A stretch of DNA of 42,414 nucleotides, from NCBI GenBank assembly GCA_029936485.1, contig JAPYSM010000001.1, positions 1 to 42,414 of the forward strand, read 5' to 3'. Each line of letters starts with the position of its first letter. The stretch's first letter is position 1. Source of the DNA: Dehalococcoidia bacterium (GTDB lineage: Bacteria; Chloroflexota; Dehalococcoidia; Lucifugimonadales; Lucifugimonadaceae). The position numbers and the translations under genes are program-made. Below the pieces are notes generated by a model. That model was not told where the DNA came from, ran no database searches, and saw nothing but the letters and a program-made list of their open reading frames with translations. This document shows positions 29,401 to 35,983 of the stretch, piece after piece.

Positions 29401-29763
29401 CTAATCGAGGGAGAGGGCTTCCAGATCCGCCGCCTTTCCTCCCAGCACATATCGGCTAGTATCGTCTATCCGTATCGTGATCGGACGTCGGATCAATCGC
29501 GGTTCTTTCATCATCAGATTTATCAGGTCTGACTTAGTAAGATCGTCCTTGTTTTCCCGGTACTGCTTCGCACTTGGGCTGCGCCATGAAAACAACTCAT
29601 CAATCGTTACGATAGAACCCAGTTCTTGAAGTTCTTCCCGGGAAAGTGGGTCTCTGAAGAAATCGCGTTGATCTAACTCAACACCTGCTTGCGAGAGCAC
29701 CGCCCCCGCTTTTTTACAGGTGCTTCACCGTGTCCAGTGATAGAACCGCACTTTTACTGCCAT
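29401..29763 (-). CDS. ArsC/Spx/YffB-family thioredoxin-fold protein with in-frame TGA (candidate selenocysteine, U-S-T-C motif)
   Basis: ATG 29763 with AGGA 8 nt upstream. The translation is MAVKVRFYHWTR-[TGA 29727..29725]-STCKKAGAVLSQAGVELDQRDFF...LIRRPITI. The TGA sits at the position of the family's N-terminal redox Cys. The ORF track shows only the fragment 29401..29700. Confidence 0.6.
29681..29724 (-). promoter_or_regulatory. SECIS-like stem-loop immediately 3' of the in-frame TGA
   Basis: Fold A pairs AGCACC (29724..29719) with GGUGCU (29701..29696). Fold B has an outer stem GCACCUG/CAGGUGU and an inner stem GCGGG/CUCGC, with apical loop GGCGGUGCU carrying GGU 24-26 nt after the UGA. 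Confidence 0.4.
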
Positions 29764-30391
29764 AGAACTGTCCTTAATCTGCTGGAATGTGCACCGGGAG
29801 ACCAAGCCAATGGTCTTGCCTCAGATTTGAGGAGCATCGCATAGTGTTACGTCCGATGATTGTGATGTCCGCAACACCTCTCCTCTCCGGCGAAATCAGA
29901 TGTTCCCCGCGACCCGCACTCGACGAATACTTACGTTGCCCGAATAGTTTCGCCAATATGAGCGTATCCGCGTTCGGCCTGTCAACAGTCTAGATCCCGG
30001 TCAACAGAGTCCTACTCTAGTTTCGCGTCCTGGCTATCGCAGAAGTCGATCAGAAATAGGGGATGCTCGGGGCCATCGATGTCTATCCCGCCGGCTAGAT
30101 ATCGAACCGATTTGGCCGCAAACGTGTCTTGTACGGGTCATCGTTCGTGATAGCCGTCGTCGCCGAGCTGTTCGTTGTGGTGAACACGATCGTGCTCCTA
30201 GTGATTCTTGCCCATATTTTCAGGATCAGGGATGCGGTGAACAGACAATGGGAAAACATTGGGTATGACTCCCTGATAATCGGTATCCACGCGATGTCCT
30301 ATCCATCTATCCGCTTTGACAGGCTAGGAACGGTCTCTATCGGGCGAGCGCGGTCTTGAGTTGAAACAGGCGCAGACGGACCAGTCGTACG

Positions 30392-30397
30392 TATAAT
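30392..30397 (+). promoter_or_regulatory. Consensus -10 box TATAAT about 105 nt upstream of ispH
   Basis: Perfect TATAAT hexamer. The -35 at 17-nt spacing is poor (GGCGCA). Confidence 0.25.
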
Positions 30398-30503
30398 TCC
30401 TCTCACCGACCGACAGACGAGCCGGTTCAACACTGATCCGAACAGTCCAGGCGACTTCCTGAGAAAACCCAGAGTAGATGACCCAATCTAGGGACAATGT
30501 AAT

Positions 30504-31460
30504 TTGAAGGTATTTCTGGCAGCTCCACGGGGCTTCTGTGCTGGAGTCGTACGCGCCGTAGACATAGTGGAGATCGCACTCCAACGCTACGGAAAACCCG
30601 TCTACGTAAAGCACGAAATTGTCCACAACCCGCATGTTGTCGCCGATCTTGAAGCCCAGGGCGCAATCACAGTCGAAACGGTCGAGCAAATCCCTGAAGG
30701 TTCGATCGTCGTTTTCTCGGCACATGGCTCCCCGCCATCTGATTTCGAGGCCGCCGAGAAGCGCTCTCTACGTGTAATTGACGCCACATGCCCGCTCGTT
30801 ACCCGCGTCCATAACGAGGCAAAAAAATATTTGGCCAATGGTAAAAAGATCATCCTAGTTGGACATCGTGGGCACCAGGAGGTCAAAGGAACGACCGGCC
30901 ACGGTGAGATGGCCCTGATGGACGATCAGGAGGACCCACAGCCGCCAGACTGGGACAACGACACGGATGTCGCCGTCTTGACGCAGACGACCCTGTCTGT
31001 GGACGATACAGCTGCGATGGTTAACCGGATCAGTTCCAAGTTTAGTAACGTGACGATTCGAAACGACATCTGCTACGCCACGACTAACCGCCAGTCCGCG
31101 GTCAAGGAACTGGCGACGATGGTCGAGGTGGTCCTCGTTGTAGGCTCCCAGACGAGCTCAAACTGCCGAAGACTCCGGGAAGTCGCAGAACGCGTCGGTG
31201 TTCCCGCATATCTCATCAACGGGCCAGATGAACTGGATATGGCCTGGTTTGAAGGGGTCTCGAAGGTCGGTGTTAGCAGCGGCGCATCAACGCCTGAGCC
31301 GCTCGTGCAGGCTGTCTGCGACACCCTTGATCCGGACGAGGTAAATCACCTTGGTCTTGCAAGCGAGGACATCGAGTTCACATTGCCGGCAGAAATGCGC
31401 GACGCCGCGCCGCCCAGACAATCAAGCTCGTGGGCCACAAGCAGCGCAGATGACAAATAA
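30504..31460 (+). CDS. ispH: 4-hydroxy-3-methylbut-2-enyl diphosphate reductase
   Basis: MKVFLAAPRGFCAGVVRAV, HEIVHNPHVV and TCPLVTRVH motifs. TTG start. Confidence 0.93.
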   Translation: MKVFLAAPRGFCAGVVRAVDIVEIALQRYGKPVYVKHEIVHNPHVVADLEAQGAITVETVEQIPEGSIVVFSAHGSPPSDFEAAEKRSLRVIDATCPLVTRVHNEAKKYLANGKKIILVGHRGHQEVKGTTGHGEMALMDDQEDPQPPDWDNDTDVAVLTQTTLSVDDTAAMVNRISSKFSNVTIRNDICYATTNRQSAVKELATMVEVVLVVGSQTSSNCRRLREVAERVGVPAYLINGPDELDMAWFEGVSKVGVSSGASTPEPLVQAVCDTLDPDEVNHLGLASEDIEFTLPAEMRDAAPPRQSSSWATSSADDK

Positions 31461-31483
31461 GCAGTTCGCCCCGGGAGTTACGT

Positions 31484-32590
31484 TTGAAGGTCACTGACGT
31501 TGAGTGTTTGGTGCTGGACGGCGATTATCCGTTCGTAATCGTTAGTACCGATGAGGGAATCACAGGATACGGGGAGTGTTTCCGTCGTTCACCCGAGGTG
31601 TCACGTGCGGCGATCGATACGGTGTTCCGTCCTCTGGTGATCGGCAAAGATCCCTTTCAGACGGAGGCTATCTTTGACTTGATGCTGAAAGCGGGCTCGG
31701 TAAGTGGTCCTCCCGGCGCCCTTCTTACGGCGGCTTCCGGCATCGACATTGCGCTGTGGGACATAAAGGGCAAGGCGCTTGATGTGCCGATTTATGAACT
31801 GCTCGGTGGCATGAGGCCCGGGCGCGAGAAGATCCGGGTGTACGCAAGTTCACTCCGCCGTGATCTATCTCCGGTCGACGAGGCGAAACGGGCGGCCGGG
31901 TTCCAAGAGCGCGGGTTCACCGGGTACAAGATGCACTCCGCAGTGCCCGGAGCTATTGACCACCCGGCGGATCAAACCGTGAAATCCGTGCGGGAGATGC
32001 GTGCGGCGACCGGGGAGCAGTTCGACATCCTTGTCGATGTGAACAGCGCTTATTCGGTGCACCACGCGATAGAGATTGGTAAGCAGCTTGAAGACTACGG
32101 CGTGTTCCATTTCGAGGAGCCGGTAGTGCTGCACGACCTCGCTGGCATGGCGAAGGTGGCGGATGCGTTGACCATCCCCATTGCATCAGGCGAGAACGCC
32201 TACAACCGTTGGATGATTCGCGATTTGATCGTGAACGGAAGGCCCGACATCGTGCAGCCGGACGTGGTCAAAATCGGCGGTATCTCGGAACTGATCAAAG
32301 TTGGGAATGTGGCGAACGCTTTTGGCGTTCCTATGACGGTCCACAACACCCAGCCGATCATCTCTACTGCGGCGCACCTTCACTGGATCGCGACCCGGAA
32401 CGATGTCCCGTACGCCCAGGAGTACAACATCGAACCTGTGTCGATCCGTGACGACCGGCCGATCCTCAAGACGCCGTTGGATGTGGTGAACGGCCACATC
32501 ACTGTTCCCACGGGCCCGGGCCTTGGGTTGGAGTTCGATGAGGATGAAATTCGCCGTTGGGCGGATAAATCCGGCCGAAATTCTCTCTAA
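31484..32590 (+). CDS. Enolase-superfamily enzyme (mandelate racemase/muconate lactonizing family; sugar-acid dehydratase-like)
   Basis: N-terminal capping domain ITGYGECF. Barrel residues are in the expected order: YKMH, DVNSAY, FEEP, SGENAY, VHNT. TTG start with GGGAG 6 nt upstream. Confidence 0.85.
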   Translation: MKVTDVECLVLDGDYPFVIVSTDEGITGYGECFRRSPEVSRAAIDTVFRPLVIGKDPFQTEAIFDLMLKAGSVSGPPGALLTAASGIDIALWDIKGKALDVPIYELLGGMRPGREKIRVYASSLRRDLSPVDEAKRAAGFQERGFTGYKMHSAVPGAIDHPADQTVKSVREMRAATGEQFDILVDVNSAYSVHHAIEIGKQLEDYGVFHFEEPVVLHDLAGMAKVADALTIPIASGENAYNRWMIRDLIVNGRPDIVQPDVVKIGGISELIKVGNVANAFGVPMTVHNTQPIISTAAHLHWIATRNDVPYAQEYNIEPVSIRDDRPILKTPLDVVNGHITVPTGPGLGLEFDEDEIRRWADKSGRNSL

Positions 32591-32598
32591 CTAAGCCG

Positions 32599-33393
32599 TT
32601 ACTGGTCTCGGAGCGGCGGATCCCGGTCTTCCCACTCACTGCCCGCTGCATCCTTGGGTTCATACCCCAGAATTTCCCGAGCTCTATCTATGGAAAAAAT
32701 CTTCCACCTGTTGTCCGATGTAACGTACGTGACCGCGTAGTGCAACGAATCCGGGGCGTCGATCGCCCTCGCTACGGCCTGCGCCGTGTCCTGGTGACTC
32801 AGCCAGAGCGACAGTGCAAACGGCGAGAAACTCGGGTCGTCGTCCGATATCACCCAGCCTATGCGAAGGTGAATCGAACTCAGACCGTGATAATCGTCGT
32901 AGTAACTGCCAAGTGCTTCACCAAACGCCTTTGAGACGCCGTAATACCCGTCGGGCCGGATGCGATCATCCTCATTGACCAATCGGTATCCTGGTTCAAG
33001 CTCATCAAATCGGCCTTCTGCGATCAACTTCCAAGGATCGTCTAGATAAAAACCACCTTGGGAGTGGTTGGAGCTGGCGAACACCACCCGTTTTACGCCG
33101 GCGCGCTTAGCCGCCTCAAAGACGTTGAAGGTGGCAACAATGTTGTTATTGAGCGTGGACGACCAATCACTGTAGGCCCGACGATCGGCGGCGAGGTGGA
33201 CGACGGTGTGCTGACCCTCGAACGCCGGGATGATGGCGTCCATGTCCGAAAGATCGCCGATGAAGGACGGAATCCCTACCGCCTCTTTAAGGTCAAGCGA
33301 ATATAAGCTGTATCGATCCGAAAGACGATCACGTAGGACTTCACCTATGAGTCCGGCGCCGCCGGTAATCAGGACCTTTTTCAGTTCAACCAT
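32599..33393 (-). CDS. NAD-dependent epimerase/dehydratase-family protein, uronate dehydrogenase-like
   Basis: Start moved to ATG 33393 (GGAG 5 nt upstream), giving MVELKKVLITGGAGLIG. The blocks VVFASSNHSQGGFY, RPDGYYGVSKAFGEALGSYY, LRIGWV and LGYEPKD match Agrobacterium Udh as recalled. Confidence 0.8.
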   Translation of the reverse strand: MVELKKVLITGGAGLIGEVLRDRLSDRYSLYSLDLKEAVGIPSFIGDLSDMDAIIPAFEGQHTVVHLAADRRAYSDWSSTLNNNIVATFNVFEAAKRAGVKRVVFASSNHSQGGFYLDDPWKLIAEGRFDELEPGYRLVNEDDRIRPDGYYGVSKAFGEALGSYYDDYHGLSSIHLRIGWVISDDDPSFSPFALSLWLSHQDTAQAVARAIDAPDSLHYAVTYVTSDNRWKIFSIDRAREILGYEPKDAAGSEWEDRDPPLRDQ

Positions 33394-33483
33394 GTCGTCT
33401 CCATCAATAGATCGCTCAGACGGTCGAATACCCGGACACTGCGGCATCACAACGTGCGCCGCAATACAAAGATGGGCGCACAA

Positions 33484-34071
33484 ATGTATCACCGGGTCGC
33501 TTCGATGAGGGGGATCGTTCTCTTCGCTCTACTGACCATCGCTGCGTGTTCAGGTGGAGGGATTGATGGCTTTGTGAACAACCCGGGGTGTGAATCCATT
33601 GCCAAACGCCTGACAGAAGAGCCGCTCAGGGAAGCAAGAATCGGCCTTGTAAGTGGCGACACAACGAGGATGGTCGACGTCGAGGTCGCCGATGAACCCA
33701 GTTCTCAATGGCGCGGACTGATGTGCCGGACGGTTGTGCCATACGGTAGCGGGATGTTGTTCGAGTTCAACGAACTCGCTTCGGGACCGTTCTGGATGTT
33801 CAACACCTACGTTCCTTTGGACATCATCTATTTCAATAGATCCGGAGGCGTCGCCGGTACGGCAGTAATGCTCCCCTGCCCCAACGAGAGTGGTCTAACC
33901 GAGAGCGCCTGGCGTGTTCATTGTCTCGAAGAGGCTGCCGAGTACAATCCGGGCAAACCCTATACCAACGTCGTTGAACTACCCGGGGGGTGGTTGTTAT
34001 CAGAGGGATTAGCTATCAATTCGTTGCCCGAGGACCTGCGGTTGCAAAAGTTCGTCGCAGTTACTCGCTAA
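33484..34071 (+). CDS. DUF192-family protein with lipoprotein signal peptide
   Basis: Lipobox LTIAAC. DUF192 pattern RGLMCR...GSGMLFEF...FWMFNTYVPLDIIYF. The start is ambiguous (ATG 33484 or 33505; the ORF track gives 33454). Confidence 0.75.
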   Translation: MYHRVASMRGIVLFALLTIAACSGGGIDGFVNNPGCESIAKRLTEEPLREARIGLVSGDTTRMVDVEVADEPSSQWRGLMCRTVVPYGSGMLFEFNELASGPFWMFNTYVPLDIIYFNRSGGVAGTAVMLPCPNESGLTESAWRVHCLEEAAEYNPGKPYTNVVELPGGWLLSEGLAINSLPEDLRLQKFVAVTR

Positions 34072-35890
34072 GCCGCTCCTTCAACCACGATTCTATATAC
34101 GAATGATCGACATGTCCCCGACCGGTATTCAAATACAATTCCCCCGATCCACCAAGCCTCGAAATAAGCGGCGACGCGATATCTCTGTCCCATTGCGGGC
34201 ACGCCACCAACATTTCTCCGCTGTATTCCGACACGAAACTGAGCGGATCGAAGAAAAGGAGCGTTTCAGAGACCTTTCCTGATTTAGCAGGATGAGATCG
34301 GGCGAAGTCGTTCAGCTCCTCAAGCGGATAGTAGTCCGGCCATGAGTTTCTGCCGTTGGCGCCACGCAGGATCAGTGGGGCGGACATTAGTACCGCCTTC
34401 ACTGCGTCCGATCGCATCGAAGCCGCTATCAGACCGGATTCACTTCCGGCGATCCCGAGATTACCGGGGTCTACTTCCGGACGACCGGTGAGCCATTCGA
34501 GACCCGTAAGCACGTCGGCGACGATATCCCTGTACCGGTAAGTGGAACTATCCTCTATTCCGTCTGTAAGTAATCCAGGATATTCCGCCGCGTACTCTTC
34601 ATCGGCCAGCCGTTGACCTCGGTGTACAAGGGTCAGAACGGCGTATCGCTGCCTTCGCTCATACGGCGATATATGCACGACGCTGGCGTAGCCTGGCGCT
34701 TCCAGTAATCCGGGGAATGGACCGTCACCAGCCGGGACCGAGAAGTAACCGAAAATGCGTCCATCGCCGATGGACGGGAGGCTCACTGTGTACGTCGTTG
34801 AACCTTCTGTGGAACGCATCGGCAACGGCTCAAGGGTCACATCATCAAAAGAGAGTTCCCTGACTTGACTGTCCAGTTCGCTCCAGAACTTTGAAAAGTT
34901 TTCGTCCACCACGGCGGCCGATTCAGGGACGATTTTGGGCACATCATTTGTGATAGCTACGGGTTTCAACTGTAGTGACAGGAAGTCCTCAACAACTTCT
35001 TGGTGCCCGGCAGTTACGCCTGCGTCGTGGCCACATTTGTCGTACGGATATAACTTCTTGTCCGAGCTACCGATTTGTCCGAATACGGCGAACCCGGTCT
35101 CAGGCGGACACACGTCGTCCTGCAATCCGATATTCACGACAATAGGAGCCCGGATCGCGGACGCAAAGTGATGAATGTCGTAATAGTTCAGAACCTCCCG
35201 GACCACTGAATCATGTTCCGGGTTGATCCTCAGGTACTCGTTAATCTCCTGGTACGGGTACGAATGGGTCAGTGAAGCGGCATCCATGAACGAGCAGAGG
35301 TAGGGCGCACCCACTGCAGCCGCCGCAACCGAATTCACTCGCAAAGCAGATATCAGCAGCGTCAGCGCCCCGCCCTGGCTGGAGCCAGTTACGCCAACCC
35401 GGCGTTGGTCCACCTCCGGGAGCGCCGCAAGAATGTCAAAGGCGCGCAGCGCGTCCATGTAGAATCCGCGATATGCGTAGCCGTTTCGGTCTGTGATGTT
35501 GTGTGTCAGGAGGCCCGGGTAGCCAGGATCAAAATCTGAATTTGATCGCAACTTGCCACGTGGCGCTGCACTGAACACCGCGTATCCACGGCGAGCCCAA
35601 TCTTTGGGTACTTTTGGTTCGCTGACGTAACCGGGAACGATCAGTAGGCCAGGCATCTGTGCATGCCGGCCCGCCGGGCGTGCGTACCAGCCGGCGATGC
35701 GCATTCCGCCGTAACTGTCGTATCGGACATCAAACACATCAACAGCTTCATCGGACCGCAATTCGTCTTTCTTGAACGTCGCATTGGGTGGCACAGTGGC
35801 CAGGTCTGCAAGGGTGTCAAACCAGAAACTGTCAAAGTCCGCAGGACGTTTCGCAGTGCTGGTGAACGCGCTTGGATCGCGTCGGGGCAT
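34061..35890 (-). CDS. Tandem acetyl-xylan-esterase/cephalosporin-C-deacetylase-like (CE7/AXE1) alpha/beta hydrolase
   Basis: The first half has GVTGSSQGGAL (GxSQGG), LQDDVCPPE and CGHD. The second half repeats the same architecture, but its nucleophile elbow reads GIAGSESGL. GGAG lies 5 nt upstream of the ATG. Confidence 0.8.
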   Translation of the reverse strand: MPRRDPSAFTSTAKRPADFDSFWFDTLADLATVPPNATFKKDELRSDEAVDVFDVRYDSYGGMRIAGWYARPAGRHAQMPGLLIVPGYVSEPKVPKDWARRGYAVFSAAPRGKLRSNSDFDPGYPGLLTHNITDRNGYAYRGFYMDALRAFDILAALPEVDQRRVGVTGSSQGGALTLLISALRVNSVAAAAVGAPYLCSFMDAASLTHSYPYQEINEYLRINPEHDSVVREVLNYYDIHHFASAIRAPIVVNIGLQDDVCPPETGFAVFGQIGSSDKKLYPYDKCGHDAGVTAGHQEVVEDFLSLQLKPVAITNDVPKIVPESAAVVDENFSKFWSELDSQVRELSFDDVTLEPLPMRSTEGSTTYTVSLPSIGDGRIFGYFSVPAGDGPFPGLLEAPGYASVVHISPYERRQRYAVLTLVHRGQRLADEEYAAEYPGLLTDGIEDSSTYRYRDIVADVLTGLEWLTGRPEVDPGNLGIAGSESGLIAASMRSDAVKAVLMSAPLILRGANGRNSWPDYYPLEELNDFARSHPAKSGKVSETLLFFDPLSFVSEYSGEMLVACPQWDRDIASPLISRLGGSGELYLNTGRGHVDHSYIESWLKERLSE

Positions 35891-35983
35891 CTCGTCTCCT
35901 CACTTCGTCAACGAGTCACAAAAGTCATGGATCGGATCGGCCATGAGGCCGTTATTATGGGTGGTCACGTGGCGTAGGTCGTT

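Noticed and set aside
30095-30115. tRNA T-loop-like GGTTCGAT on the minus strand (checked while looking for tRNA-Sec)
   Set aside because: The flanks cannot form a T-stem or an acceptor stem, and there is no anticodon-arm candidate with UCA. I found no tRNA anywhere in the window.
30324-30725. 133-aa minus-strand ORF overlapping the 5' end of ispH
   Set aside because: About 220 nt of it is antisense to the highly conserved ispH N-terminus. Only its 3' portion is discussed, as part of the ambiguous region finding.
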